NCBI RefSeq assembly: GCF_964355755.1
Contig: NC_092675.1
Coordinates: forward strand, 11,589,812 to 11,653,811
Source of the DNA: Antedon mediterranea
Taxonomy: Eukaryota; Animalia; Echinodermata
Length of the DNA: 64,000 nt
Reading direction: 5' to 3'
The position numbers and the translations under genes are program-made. The notes below the pieces were generated by a model. It was given only the letters and a program-made list of their open reading frames with translations, did not search any database and was not told the origin of the DNA. Below, in pieces: positions 39,258 to 54,100 of this stretch (position 1 is the stretch's first letter; every line of letters starts with the position of its first letter).

Positions 39258-41006
39258 TACGCTCGCGCTAAGGTCAAATTTTCGTTCGCCAAAATGGCGA
39301 AAGGTTTTGAAAAACATTAGCCAAATTGAAAATCCTTTAGCCAAATTTAAAAAACCATAACAATTCGAAAAAAAGTTTATTAAATAAATAATGCATGTAT
39401 TTTTTAAATATTTTATTTCTTTTACATTTATATTATTATTAGGTATCCCAATGAACCTGATTTTCGTTACCGGGATTTTAACACGTTCGTGAAATTTCAA
39501 AAAGTGACGTGTCTTTGAAGTTAAAAATATAATATTTCTTATGTACCCATGAGAATAAAAATTATATGCCTGGAAAGATCTTGTTTAAGGGATTATTTTT
39601 ATATATTTATAATCTATGTTTATTAAATATTTTAATAAAAAACGCGAGTTCAAAATGAGGTACAAAAGCCGGCGAGCCGAAATCCGCGCGCTAAAAATAA
39701 CTTTGGAAAACACCTACCCATTTTCGCACCCGATCGCACGAGGTCCATAATAGGTGGTGGAGTAATTTTTGTTGCATGTTATCAGGCTTTAAATACTCTT
39801 TATTTTGATATGTAAATCGGTTATTATTATTATGTACATCCGCCTCAAATGTCAATTTTAACGATAAAAATTGAATTTTTTAGTCTTTCTCATTATCAAA
39901 ATCTGGCTAATTTAGTATTGAATTGAAGCTAATTTATATTTCTGTTTGATAAAACACATCGTTTTATTTGACTTTGCGTGGACCTCGTGCGAAGAGGCCA
40001 ACAAGACCAACCCCTGAAAAAAATAATCCCAACCATAAATATCAGTGTTTACCATTTTCCTTACGGGGGGATTCAGTTCTCCGCTTATTACTAAATTACC
40101 GTCGCCCAGGCAATGTGCATGGTATGCATGTATTAGCGCGTTAATTAATGATTGGATAACCCCCGCAGTGGACTGTTCCATTTTCTGAACTAGTCTTCGC
40201 CGCACACGAGGCATGTCGAAAAATGTCACCTCTCATCATGGAATATTTGCTTCGAAACGTCAATTTTACCGATTTATTAAATTATTTAATAATTGGAATA
40301 TTTATCAATCTATTATATAAAACAAGAAATGTACCGCAGAAATTTAAGAAGCTTTGAATTTGCTATGCAGCGGCCGTAACCCATTCTATGTAGGCGGCCG
40401 AAACGCGCTTTGGCCATGGTTGCCGTTGCAGTATACGCTGTTTCTTAGCTATTCAATTTAAAGCGCAACTTTCGGTTAGAATAATCGAAAGGGAAATAAA
40501 ATTAAACATGTTAACATTATACTATTGAGGTAATTACTTTGTTAAATTTAAAATTCCCCTTTTTAAATAACAGAACAGCCTCGTTTATGGAAGTATTCGT
40601 CCACATGTTTCTGTTTACATTTTCTTCTCGAAGTTCATTTTCTACGTCGAAGAATAGGTAGGGACTTCCCCTTTTATTCGCTCATCATCACGTCGACGAC
40701 GGCCGGCCACGAACCAATTAAAACGTCATCGAGGCACGCTCTGCGCATGTTTAAACAGAACTAAAAAAATTAACACGGCGATCGTGACGTCGTCACATAA
40801 AATGCTGTTGTGGTAAAAAGTGTACCCGAGTCAGAAAGTACCGAAGTGTGGCGAATTCTCGCTCCCATAAGAAGTCACGCCGACCAGGCTAGGCCTAGGC
40901 TTGGTAATGTATTTTCGCCAATTTGGCGAACGAGGCAATAATTATTTTCGCCAAATGGAGACTCCAGTCGCCATTGGCTAATTGGCGAGCGGTTAGCGCG
41001 AGCATA
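39258..41006. mobile_element. hAT-like non-autonomous element inserted in the LINE RT
   Basis: TIR tacgctcgcgctaa / ttagcgcgagcata; subterminal ttcgcca/tggcga repeats; imperfect TSD gtcatgtc / gcatgtc. Confidence 0.65.
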
Positions 41007-41015
41007 GCATGTCAT

Positions 41016-41284
41016 GTTTATAATGCAACTATTAATAGATAGATTGAATATGTAATTTGTTTTTAACTGTATAATAATACTGCTAATATATATTTGTTTA
41101 TATATTTTATGTTACGATATAGTATTTTTATATTTTTGTTTATTTTGATGGTTATTCGTATTTTTATAAGATCTTGTATTTTTGTATTCATGACTTTTTA
41201 TATATTTTTAATTAATGGTTTGAGAGCTTGTTAACGAAAAAAATTTCCTTTTGGACCAATAAATTTTTGTATTCTGTATTCTGT
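41016..41284 (+). mobile_element. 5'-truncated LINE 3' UTR remnant
   Basis: AT-rich tract with aataaa and a (tattctg)n tail, inserted within the YADD codons. Confidence 0.45.
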
Positions 41285-43002
41285 ATCAGCATAACTTAAA
41301 TTATTTAGGACAATATTTGTTCTACACCCGTAACAGAGAGTGTTACATTCAGATCATCTATGTAAACATTTTGCCACGTATAAACATTTTGCCACGTATA
41401 AAATTCAACAACTTGTTTTATAATATATTAAGACAAGTATACATGTATGGTCAGATGACTTAAGGCTATCTCCGGACAATTGAATTAATACAGATTCTAG
41501 TACCTTAGATACCACACTAGCTAAAGATATAGGATAATAATTGCTTTTACTCGTAATGTCACCTGATTTAGATTTTAATATCGAAACAATTACAACATAA
41601 CTCGGCAGACACATGGCCATGACGAATCATTAAATTAAAACATAAGGACAGCAGAACCGTTAGGCTCTTGCTAGCGTAATTTAAGTTTTCGTAGCTCAAC
41701 ATATCATTTCCCGGGGATTTACCACTAGATAAATCTTTAATAATGGCCGCTACCTGTTGGAAATTTACCTCAGTCACAACCACAATCTTCATTCCTTATT
41801 ACTATCATTGTGAACACAATTAAACTGCTTTTCAAAATGAGCGGTCCAGTGGTTACATATCATATACACCATTAACATTATCCAAAGATTCTGTAAGAAC
41901 TGGAGTATATGAATTAGACTTACCTTTTTCCAGAAATCAGCATAGTCAATATTTGATAAAGACTGAGCCATAGAATCAGCCCTATGCTGTTCTTCTTCTT
42001 CTGATTTACACTTGCGTAATATCATTTTGAATTATGATCTTGTCACACGCATCACCTCAAATAATGAACCAGATTTAGGCTTGCCAATAGAAGGAATGCT
42101 TCTCTGGCCACTTTATGGTATTCTGCGACATTTTCATTCCACCCTGGAATGTGGGTCCCATTTTTTATTTTCTTATTTTTAAAACACATTTTGGAGGCAC
42201 TTGAAGTGGATGGAATATAATGTAAAAAAGGGCCTAACCTAGAAATAATTGCGTACAAAGGTTTTTAAGTGGATTTCACTTCTTCATCATGTACTGGATC
42301 TGAGAAAAAAAGTCCCGAAAAATCTGAGCCCGCGAAAGGTCATTTTGGGTCATTATAAGGTCATTTGAGGTCAAAAGTTACAATATCACGTTTTTGGACA
42401 TAAAATATTTTTCCAACATCGTTTGTACCTTGATATTGGTGTCAAAATAAAGCGTATTAAATTTGAAATTCAGTGAATAAACTTTATTGATTACTAGTAC
42501 ATTTTAATATTTATTTAAAGCTAATTAACTATTTTTTATGCACTTTTTTACAAAAAATTGTTTTTCAAAAAATATTCAATGACATTTTATAGCTCACTAG
42601 GAAGCTTAAAATGTTTCAATGTTTTCCTAAAAATATCTGTAGGACTCCAAGACACTAGAGTGAAATTTTCAAAATCATAGCCTCAATAATGAGGAGTTGA
42701 GCACTTTTTAAAACTTTGTGATTTGAAATAAATGTATTTTAACCCATTTGACAAAAAAACCCACGAAGGCCCCTTTGGGTTTCCATACCTAATGTTTCTT
42801 GAAATAGAGCTTTCTGATTGGCTGTAAGTTTTATGCAGCCTGGAACCAGCATCACTACACCGCCAGAAAAATTTTTTGTCAAGAGTTTTATCATTATTTT
42901 GCAGGTTTGTGTTTATGTTCATTATGTTTAGATAAGACAGATAATTAATTGAATAATGTAATTATTACCAGATATCTATGATTAGACCTATTACTAGGCC
43001 TA

Positions 43003-43879
43003 GGGTAGAGGGCGCGCTACTCGGACATTGTTGTTTGTCGGACACGTGACACTGTTTACTTATGAATATGTATAAAATATTGACCAATCAAATAATTTTT
43101 CCTCATGAATTATTCATTACCGATGTCACGTCGCTGGGTAACCCAAAAAAATTACAATTTTCCATGAACATCGCTTCTAAAACCAATAATTTATGTAAGG
43201 TAAAGTTCAAGGTCACACGTGATTTTGGGTTTTTAAAGAAACTTATAAGGTCATAGGTCTATAAAATCTACACCAAACTTATTTAAAATGTGTAAAAGTA
43301 ACCCAAAATTTGATTTTAATAGTTGGTTCTTAACTCTTACTTCGTTGTTAAAAAAATAAAAAATGGCCGCTACACGTGGATATGGCTGATAGAGGGCTTC
43401 GAATACCAAGAACCAAAATGGTACCCCTGTTTTAGAAGTCGGACAGTAGGTGGCGCTATATATAAAAACATTGAATTAATCACTAAAATTAATTAGTGGA
43501 TCGCATTTTTTAAAGTAATTCAATATCTCTATAAAAATCAAATATTATAAATAATTTTTTGTAAATATAAAGAATAAAATGATTATATTTGTATATTAAA
43601 AAAAAAAAAAAATTTTTTTAATGAAATAATGTGAAATATAAACAAAACATTGAGGGCGTCCGAGTACCAAAAAACGCGTCCGAGTACCGATCCTTGAAGG
43701 ACTAGGTAATCCAGGGCCCTTCTAGATATGAATTTAGTTGCTGTTTTTGGCGACACTAAATTATTATTACAGTTATATTTGTAAGTTTCTATTAAAATTC
43801 TAAAAGTTTGTCTAAATGTACAATTTTAGCAATTGTGTACATTATAGTGTTAACCGTCCGAGTACCGCACCCCCTACCC
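43003..43879. mobile_element. Tc1/mariner(pogo)-like MITE
   Basis: TIR gggtagagggcgcgctactcggac / gtccgagtaccgcaccccctaccc; TA TSD. Confidence 0.7.
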
Positions 43880-45237
43880 TAGGCTCTGATGGTTACTAGG
43901 TCTAGCTGAGCTAAGCCAGCTAGGTAGGAAGGGGAGGCCTCCTAACCTAGCTAGGCCTAGCCTAGGCTGGGTAAGGGGTTCTAGGTAGTAGGAGCCTGTA
44001 GACTTAGGTTGAGGCCTTTGTCTCGTCTGACTAAAAAGGGACCTACTTCAATACTCACCTAGGCTTATATAAATATAAAGTGATATTAGGGTATTATACT
44101 TTATAAATCATTAACTTTAAAATTAAACATTTAAATCATTTTTTCAACGTAGGTGCCTTGTACCTTTGTCACTAATGATTTGCTATTACAACTACAGTAC
44201 TGTAAAACTATTATCTGGCTGTTTAAAATGCATTACTGTATTCCTTTATATAATATTTTAAACTATAAATAGGCCTAATATACTTGACTTGTCTACGAAC
44301 TGACCCAGGTGGTTAAAAATATAAACATTTTACAGTTTACTAAATGTACTGTATGCTTTTTTTTTAAGTCTCATTATGGAAGCGAGTTCCAGTGGTTTGA
44401 CAACATGTCCATTTTGTCATGGATATTTTCATGACAAAAATAATGTTGCAACGATCAAATTACAAAAAGGAGTTGACACGATAAATACCATGAGTAAAAA
44501 CAGAGGGGATAGCATCCATGTAACCATAGGACAACAAATACACAAAGATTGTAGAAAGAAATATACTCATCCATCGGAAGTAAGATTTAAGTTTTACATT
44601 ATATTTTGTTTAATACAGTTTATAGCAATAACTTCTTATGATAAACAGATAAACATTTTTAATCATATTTTGTAAATGATTACTGAATACTACAATCTCC
44701 ATTACTTGTCAACAGCTCCCAAAGAAAGAAAGCTCTTCAAGGACTGCTGAGAAGAGGAAAAGTAGGGCGGATAGTAGTGCTTTTATTAGTAGTACTGACT
44801 GTGTATTCTGTGGAACTACAGTTGATGCCAACAGATCTGAATTTAGCTATGTGAAAACTTCTGGAGTTGTTAAATCAATTAAAGAAATCATTACAAATGT
44901 TCGGAAATTTGACACATGGTCATTGGCTGTCAATGCTCGGATAGAATTTTATGGAAGTGATCTTCATGCTGCTGATGCTATCTACAATCGCCAATGCTAT
45001 AGAAATTTTCAATCTGGTCTGGCCATTCCTGTTCGATTCCAATAATCTACTGGAGAACCGGCAAAGCGAAAAAGATCTGGAAGGCCAATAGATGAAGGTC
45101 AAGCACAAGCATTTTCTCAAGTATGTTCTTTCCTTGAAAGTAATGATGAAGAACAGTTAACAATATCAAACTTAAAAGGTATGAACATATATTCACAATC
45201 TTACTTAGAGTTTAACTATTAATATATTGTAAAAAAG

Positions 45238-45490
45238 GAAGGTAAAGGTGGCTGCCGCAGCCGGAGTGCCCATCTCTCTTTCTTTAGCGTTTGGGCCAGA
45301 CTGTACAATGCAACTCCTCCCGCACAAAGAGTCTGTTTACCTTCCTAGCCAGCGCTGGTCCATTTATACACCTGGATGAAGAGGGACAAACATTGATAAA
45401 GTTCCTTGTTTAAGGAAACACCCCAAGTGCCAAATCCCAACCTCACGATCAAGAGACCGTCTCCCTACTCACTGCGCCACCTGACTTCCA
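45238..45490 (-). mobile_element. tRNA-derived SINE (Deu/Nin-domain-like) in an Academ intron
   Basis: Minus strand: ggtggcgcagtgag A box, ccaggtgtataaatgg and ggaaggtaa central motifs, (cttt)-type tail. Confidence 0.55.
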
Positions 45491-48300
45491 CTTGTATACA
45501 ATATGCAAACGGATGTTATTTTAAATATTTCTTTACTATTGTTCACAGAAAGAATGAAAGAGTTCATAGATGATGAATCAGAACCATACACCAACAAACA
45601 CATGAAGAATAAGCTAAGGGAGAGATAACATTTGCATTTCTGAAGGTGATGGGTATAATGATTTGGTTACAATGAGAGAAAAGACATCTACCATTCTAAG
45701 GTAATTGATTTAATTGTTAGTATGGGATTATAGATTGAATGTACCTGCACTGTATGCCACACATCTACCTTAATATATAAATTTTGATGTTATTTTATTT
45801 TCTTTTTGTTAAAATTATTAGGTCATACTTTCAACGAAAGGATGGTGATGATGACTTCCAGAAACGAGAAATTATCAAAACAGCTGCACGACTTATCAAG
45901 TCAGAAATCAAGACATGTATCTCATCTTTGACAGATACCTACCCTAGTGTTACAGAACTTTTGGGTGATGCTCCATACAACTTTTTGCCAGAGAGTCTAC
46001 GTTTATTTCTAGATTTGATTATTGTTGGAGATAAGAATCACACCAAAGTCCAAGGTCAAGCACTAATTCAAGCAACAAGACCAAGAATGGTTTTGGCACC
46101 ACTTCAGGTTGGACTTGGTGTTCAGCTGTATCATCTTTTTCGATCAGAGTTTTTGCTTGCTACCCTAAAACAAGCCAGTTATGGCTAAATTATCAGCACA
46201 TGATAGAAGTAGCCAGATCATTCATAACAGGAGACAGGTCAGGTTCCTGGAGTACACATCTCAAAGCAGTAGCTGATGCTTTACCAATTTTTGCTGCTGC
46301 TGGACATTTCAATTACCTGAGATCTGCATACTTCTACCTACAACAAATGAACAGACTCAAAGACGATCATCCTGATGTATATGAACGCTTTTGCAAAGGC
46401 TTGAATGTGGTACGTCGAACAACTAAATTCTGGGCTGGTGTAAGTTGTGACCTCGCTATCGAGCAAACCCTGATGCGGTCGGTAAAAAGCACAGGAGGTC
46501 TAACCAGAGGCAGTAAGATGAGTGAACATTCAAGAATGTTGTGGGTTCTTACAAGGCCATGTATGTCAGCATTCAATGAATCCATGCAGTCATTTACTAA
46601 TAAAACGTTTGCAACCAGTGATCAACACAAAGAGGCTGCGCCTTCTAGTATACACAGAGATACAATTGATACTGATAAATTGCTAGCTAAACTCAACGGA
46701 TGTTCACCATTTTCAATGGAACCAACCCTTCGGAATATCGTAAATGGTATGGTAGCTAATGATGATGTCAATGTTCTTCAATATCAAATGGTAGCTGAAA
46801 GTGTCATCTCTCAAATGAAGCAACAGTCAGTCTTCTCACATAAATTTAAAAGAAAGGAAAGAGCCAGGACACTAGCTGATGCAAGTGCCATTGTTGTTGC
46901 ACCTGACAGATCTATAGATCCTGGACTCTTATTTCAAAGATGTCTCATTGTGTCACAAACTGGGAGCCTGTCTTTGGAAGAAATGCTTACGTTTGAACTG
47001 AGTCCCTTTCCCCCATCATTGTTTGAAGGAAAGAATTTGCTCCGGAAAGCAGACAAGCCGCAATTGCTTCACGCAATTATTGATCAAAGACAAAAGAAAT
47101 CGTCAGACATATTACTATGTCATAATGCCGTCCTCAAAACTGACATCTATGTCTTCGATGGAGGTTCTTTAATACACCGACTGCCATGGAAGAAGGGCGA
47201 GTTATACCATGAAATTATTACGTCTTATTGCAAGCTAGTTAGAAAGTATGCATCCACAATAGTAGTGTTTGATGGCTATGGAACACCAACAACAAAAGAT
47301 ATTACACACTTGAGGCGTGGAAAAGCTGACCACTTAGATGTCAAATTTGACGAATCTACAGTATTTGACACAAAGAAAGAGAAATTTTTGAGTAATACCA
47401 ACAACAAAGATTTATCAACATGCTTGGAAAAGAGCTTGAGGCTCGGGCTCAGTATATTAGCAACATTAGGAAATGAAAATTCTCAAAAACAAATGTTGAC
47501 GAAACATTTTATAATTGTTACTAAACTAAAGTGCAACATCTATATTTACTTCTCTGTTATTTTCCTCACATAATATTTATCAATGTAAAATCGTCAACAA
47601 AATGAATGATCGCAACTGGAATCGTGGTTGTAACCTACGTTACATGTTTTATTTTCGACTTTCACTGTAAACGATTATAAAGGCAACAACATTATATTTC
47701 TATGAATATGAAACTATAAAATAGTGTATGTAATCAAACAAAAACATGTATAATAACTTACATATTGTTACATTCATTAGTAAATATTGTATTTTATAGT
47801 TTATACTTTATTACCATCCATAATAAAATGAGTCGTCAATCAAAGGTTGTTGTTGATTTCTTGTATGTCCGCATACATTCCTGTCTTAAATTCACATAAA
47901 ATAACACTCATTATTGTACTCTATTAAATAGTCATATGACAAAACTGGTGTTATCTTTCTTAGAAAATGTATACTGTGTTACAATTGAGTAACGTAAATT
48001 ACGTATTCAGTAACGTAAATTACTGAATTGAAAGATGAATTCGTCATTAAAATAGTTAAATAAAAACAACATTTATAACTTTTAACAATAAACCTCATTG
48101 GTATTTTAGATCATTGCCATCACTTTGTAGGCAAACAGATTATATGTTTCATTAAATCATCATCCTTTTTTTATTTTCTATTAATTCAATGCATATTTTA
48201 TTAAGTATAATTATAAAAAACTCCCATATGAAAATGTAAATTAGTGAGTTTTATAATGCTAGTGTACATACTATTGTTTTGGTTGATATGATTATTATTA

Positions 48301-48901
48301 TTACCTCCGCCAAGGAGGTTATGTTTTCACCCCTGTATGTTTGTGTTTGTGTGTGTGTTTGTGTGTTTGTGTGTGTGTCTGTGAACAGCCTGGAGGCCAC
48401 AGTTTTTATCCGATTCTAACCAAATTTGGACACAATGATCTATGCCCAAAAAGCTCGGACGAGTTCGAATTTGAGGGGGAAAGGTCATAGGTCAAGGTCA
48501 CAACTAACAAAAAACTATTTTACTGCCTAGAGACCACAGTTTTGATCCGATTCTCACCAAACTTAGCCACAATGATCAATGACACATCATATAATTGTGG
48601 TTACATTTTGAAGGGTCAGGGTCAAAGATCAAGGTCCACCAAAAAAAAAAAATAAATAAAAAAAAAAAAATAATAAAAAAAAAAACCCCTCAGTGGGACT
48701 TGAACCAGCGATCTCAACTGTGAGAGGCTGGATACATAACCATTACACCACACTGTCATCCACAACTTTGTAGTGTGCAGTTAACATATTTACACTTAGA
48801 ACTAATAAAAAAAAATGTTAAAAAAAAAATATTCAGGGGGCATTTTATGTAGGGGAATTTTACAGTAGGCGGAGGTTTGTACTCTCGGAGTACCCTCTAG
48901 T
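48301..48901 (+). mobile_element. Solitary canonical HINE/DINE-like element containing a tRNA-like segment
   Basis: ttacctccgccaaggaggt 5' subTIR/palindrome; (GT/GTTT)n; 3' ggcggaggt subTIR; hairpin gtactctcggagtac; CTAGT end. A/B boxes on - at ~48690-48752. Confidence 0.85.
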
Positions 48902-48976
48902 TTATTATAATTCTGTGAACTTTACATTTGCTTGGCCTAATGCTTATATCAGTCTCAACTTTCTTAGTAACGTAAG

Positions 48977-50913
48977 TTACATTTCCTTTAATGTTTCAAC
49001 ATTTTGATTTATCTGTTCCCTCTCCTGGTCTGAAATGTAGAACAATCTACCCGTACAACCCTTTGTTTCAATTTCAACACGGCAGATAACTTTATCAATA
49101 GGAATCCATATTTCATCCTTACTATTTGGCCACTGAAATATGTTCTTGTTAATTCTGCTGCCAGATTTTAAAAAAGACACCAACGCATCTTCATCATCTA
49201 TATCAACAACTTTGCCGATGTACCATTCTTCATCATATAATGCCGATACCCAATCATCAACATGGAATTGAATTTTGCTGCTTTGCTTGGTATTTTGCTT
49301 TTGACGTTTCGTTAAGCTATGGACTATCCATCCGGGGCACATGTTATCAGCAGAAGAGGTTTCTTGACACGCTCTACAGTAGCAAGATACATCGCGTACC
49401 ATCACTTCTCCACTGATGCCTCTCACTGCATGGAGATTTGTAGTCCCGGGAACAGGTCTTATGTTTGGCCATTTCATTTGTATTTCCGATTCTGCAGCCA
49501 CACATTCCTCATTAGTAACAAAAAAGTACTCTATGCGTGAGTTTTCTCTTTCTTGACAAGCCCAAGCAAAGAAGTCGTGGGCATCTTGGATCACTGCCGC
49601 ACCACGTTTTACGGCTTCGTCCGCCAAGCGTTTTACTGTTCCGCCAATGCCGTCGCATGGCCCTTTTCCATGCCCAGCTTCGAAGTAGTCCCAGCTGGCA
49701 TTAATATTATGGAAAAGTATGTTGTGATTAGATATGATGGAGAATATTGTTTTATTCCGGTATTGTGATGTTGGACTATCGGTCCAATAATGGATAGTCT
49801 TTAATTCGGGCAAGATCCCTCTCAATTTTGGCACCAGCTTCTTTAAAATTGCAAACACAGTAGAAGCGTTGTGTGCGCGGGTGTCTGAAACCGCTACCAT
49901 GCTATGATGCTTAATTTCGCCATCATGAAAGTAAGCAACTATAGGGTGTAAAGTAACACCGGTCTGATTCCAGTAGGCGCTTTGCACTTCTTCCATCGGC
50001 ACACATGTATAATTCTGAGCGAAATCCATATGTATGACGCATTCTCCTTCTTGCAGGTTTTCTTTACACTCTCTTATAGCAGTGTATTGTGCTGTAACCC
50101 GTTGTGCATGTTTTCTGAAATCAATAGTTGTAGTTACAAATAAGTCTGCAAATGAGCTTTTGTCGACTCTTTGTTGAACAAGTTTAGTTTTCTTCTTACC
50201 GAAATTGTCTGGGACACGTTTCCATTCTTCATACTGGATCTCTTGATCTGGTATACGCTTGGCAAGATCAGATATCTGTGTGTCGGTGATTGATTTGATT
50301 GCTTCATCGGGGCTTGTGATTGTGATCACACCTAGAGATTTTAATACCTTTAACTGAAGGGCAAAGTTCTGATGTTTTTGGCAAAGACTTGTGTTTCTTG
50401 CTGTGAATTTGACAAGTTTAATATTAGCATTTCTTTGTCGGATTTTCTTAAACGAGGAAAAAGAAACCTTCCGTTGTTCTGGATTTTCACTTTTGTACTT
50501 GGCAAACAAGTTCATCATGTAATCATTGAGGTATCTTATCTGTCGTTTTTCTTTGGTAGAAGATGTTTTGCAGGCATCTCGTTTTCCTGCCATCATCCTG
50601 GAGTTGTCATCTCTTTCCATGAAGCCTAATACTTCATTATGAAGAACTCCCCACGCCTTTTTTACATACTTCGCAGCTGTGATTCCTTGCTTTTTCGTCT
50701 TGGATAGGTTACGTTGACCAAGGCCCGACTCCCTTGAAACACGCGCGATTAACCTGTATTTCTTGATTATCTTTCCAGATAGAACATTGCTAATCATTCT
50801 TCTGGCCTTCTGCCCTTGATTTATCTCTGTGCTCTCTCTTATTTCATCAAGCAGTGCATGTGAAAGCAGGAGTTGTTTTTTCAACCCTTTGGGTACTGAT
50901 CTTGGTGACATAC
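48977..50913 (-). CDS. Sola2-like transposase, exon 2 (catalytic core plus C-terminal Tudor-like domain)
   Basis: DFAQNY..EEVQSAYW, WTDSPTSQYRNK, YFEAGHGKGPCDGIGGTVKR; acceptor tttctag|gt; open 644 codons. Confidence 0.85.
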
Positions 50914-51137
50914 CTAGAAAATTGGAAATTACATCAATACTAAATTAAATACGGTTTAGAATATTTAAATATTATCTCAATTGATATGTTCAGGAAGATA
51001 ATGGTTTAAGCAGCATGTAATGGGCAGAAAAAGAAAATACGTATATTCACATCACTATACACGACATGGAACAAGTTATCATTTATAAGGCCTTGAGTAC
51101 ATTTTGTGGATATTTGCTCTACATTATCATATATTAT

Positions 51138-54100
51138 CACTAGAACCACCACGGAGTGACGCTGTTGACCTGCGAACCTGTGGTGTTACTTGTGTTTATT
51201 ATTTGTTTAATTGATTATTTTTACTGTTAGTTTGGTGCGAATTTGTTACTTTATTTGTTGCTGGTATCGTCCGTCTGTGATTTGACTGTTTTTAGTGTAT
51301 TTTATGACAGTAATTGATCGCTGTAACTGTAGGCCCAATTCGACGATGCGCTATACAAGAACACGGCTCGTGGAGCTGAATACCGGGAAGTCTAGTCGCG
51401 AACCACCTGACTCCACCCTAGAATGCCTAACGGCTTGCAACGTACCAAGGCGTTTGCTTAATAATACATGTAGGCGAGGTAAACGCGGAGGAAGGAAATT
51501 ACGTAGGAAAATTCCTGTTATTGTGTCATCTAGATCTGAACCGACTATCACAAGTAGGCCTACAGCGATTGCAAGGGAGAATCTAGTGACTATTGAAACT
51601 GTCCATATACCAAGAGCTAGCGATGTATGTCCTAGAATTTACCTAGCTAATGCAAGATCCATTAAAAACAAATTAGACGAATTTGAACTGACTCTGAATA
51701 AGAACAAAATAGATGTAGCTGTTATAACAGAGACCTGGCTCAATGTCAATACGGAAAACATTGCAGAAATCCCGAAATTTGTTTCTTGTGCCAAAAATAG
51801 ATATAATAAAAAAGGTGGAGGTGTGGCCATCTACGCCGGTAATGAAATACATATCGATCCTGTAATTGGACATGCGGATTGTTGCTTCGAATGTCTCTGG
51901 GTAAAAGCCACCCTGCCACGCAGATGTAAACAAGGTCATCATTTCTACTTTGGAGGCATTTACTTCCCGCCGTCGGCTCCAGCTGGGGATAGTCTGATTG
52001 AACATATCATTGAAACTATCGACACCATTCGTTCGGTAGATAGTTATGCACCCATTTTTGTGCTAGGTGATTTTAATCAGCTAAACACCGACGACATTGA
52101 AACGCGTGTAGGATTTTCCCAAGTAGTAAACTTTCCAACCAGGAAGGGTGCAATTCTTGATAAAGTTTTCATGAACTATCCAGATATATATACTGCACCC
52201 AAACGACTAGCCCCACTAGGACGCAGTGATCATAACGCCATCCTGATACATCCTAAAACAGAAGTTCCGCGAAATATGTGTCATAAAATTAAAACTCAAC
52301 CGTACCGTGACAGCTCTGTAAGATGTTTCGGACAGTGGGTCACAGCATATGAATGGGATAACGTGTACAATATAGTTGATGCTGAGTCAAAAACCGACGA
52401 GTTTATCTCTCTGCTAAATGGAGCATACTCCGATAAGTTTCCAGTTATTACTAAGCGTGTGAGAGAAGCAGATCGACCATGGATGACATCTAAAGTTCGG
52501 AATCTACTAGATGCTCGACAGAAATCGTATGAAAAGCATGGTAAAACGCAGGAATGGAGGAATCTCCGTAACATGGTGCAAGCTGGAATTAGAGAAGCCA
52601 AACAATCGTATTATCGCAATTCCCTAAAGAATCTAAAGTCTAACAATGCAGCCAAATGGCATAAGGGGATTAAACAACTCTGTAACATGAAAAAACATAC
52701 TACATTTAGTATGCCTGGCCATTCCGATGAAGATATTGCGGAGAACATTAACAACCATTTCTCCAGTATTTGCAATAAGTTAACACCATTAGATATTAAA
52801 AAGTTGCCTGCCTATTTGCCAGCAAATGATAAACCCCCATATATTTTTGTCGGGCAAGTAAAAGCATTACTTAGCAAATTAGTTCCAATAAAGGCAGGTC
52901 ACCCCGAGGACCTACCTGCACGGTTAATTAGAGACTTTGCCCCTGAATTAGCTCCACCAATTGCTGATATTTTTAATTGTGCCCTTAAAGAAGGAACATT
53001 CCCTAGCGCCTGGAAAAAAGCAACCGCCATTCCAATTCCTAAGGTTAATAGTGTTAAATCACTTAACAACTTAAGGCCGATTTCCCTTACCCCCATATTA
53101 GCCAGAGTCTTTGAATCGTTTTTAGTTAAGTGGATCGTGGAGGATATAAATATTAGCTTAGATTCTAGACAATTTGGAAGCAGGAAGAAATCATCGACCT
53201 CCCATTATCTTATAAGCTTAATTGACTCGGTGCTCAAAGATCTTGAGTGTGGTGGAACTTACGTTAATCTGTGCGCAATTGATTTCACCAAAGCTTTTGA
53301 CCTTGTTGACCACTCCATTCTTATAAAGAAGTTAATCGACATCGGGGTGAGGTCGTCTATAATTCCCACCATCTGCAGCTTCCTCACCGATCGCACCATG
53401 AATACCAAATATACTGGATGTACATCTACTTCTAGTAAGATAACCTGTGGCGTCCCGCAAGGGACTAAGCTTGGTCCCGTGTTATTCTTGGTGCTCATTA
53501 ATGATGCCTGTGTCGGAAGCTGCAGAAGGTGGAAATACGTAGACGACCTCACCCTGGGAGAGGTAGTTAGTAAAGGAGCTAGACCTACGATGCAAGAGAT
53601 GCTTAATGATGTTAATGATTGGTGTAGAAAGAATAATATGATCCCAAAGCCCTCTAAGTGCCATATAATGACTGTTAACTTTTTGAAAGACATCAGCGTT
53701 GACGCTGCGTCTCCCATTTTTAATCTAAATGGCTCCAACCTTGATGTAGTAGAACATATGAGATTGCTTGGCGTCATAATTCAAAGTAATTTGAAGTGGG
53801 ACCTCAACACCCAAGATATTGTCTCACGGGCATCAAGAAGACTCTTTGCTCTATGTATTTTAAAAAAAGTCAATGTTGTTCTTGATGACCTAATCACTGT
53901 GTACACTTCCTACATTAGGCCCATCTTGGAATACGCTTGCCAGGTATGGCATGGTGCTATTACCAAGAAAATGGCCAACAGCATTGAGACCATCCAGAAA
54001 AGAGCATGTCGAATAATGTTAGGTGCTACCTACATTTCCTATGACAATGCCCTAGAGGTTACAGGGTTACCTTCTCTCGAGGCAAGGAGAGACACTCTTG

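Larger units (their letters stand above)
38626..42240 (-). pseudogene. Decayed RTE-X-like LINE ORF2 (RT region), with insertions
   Basis: Frameshifted fragments IPGWNENV..YH..AREAF, GKSPGND.L..E, NYYPISLASVVSKVLE, SYAD|DMTIMAPS..GL, YNAKKSVCM, YNNSLRMLLGLPKHCSASNMF. Confidence 0.8.
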
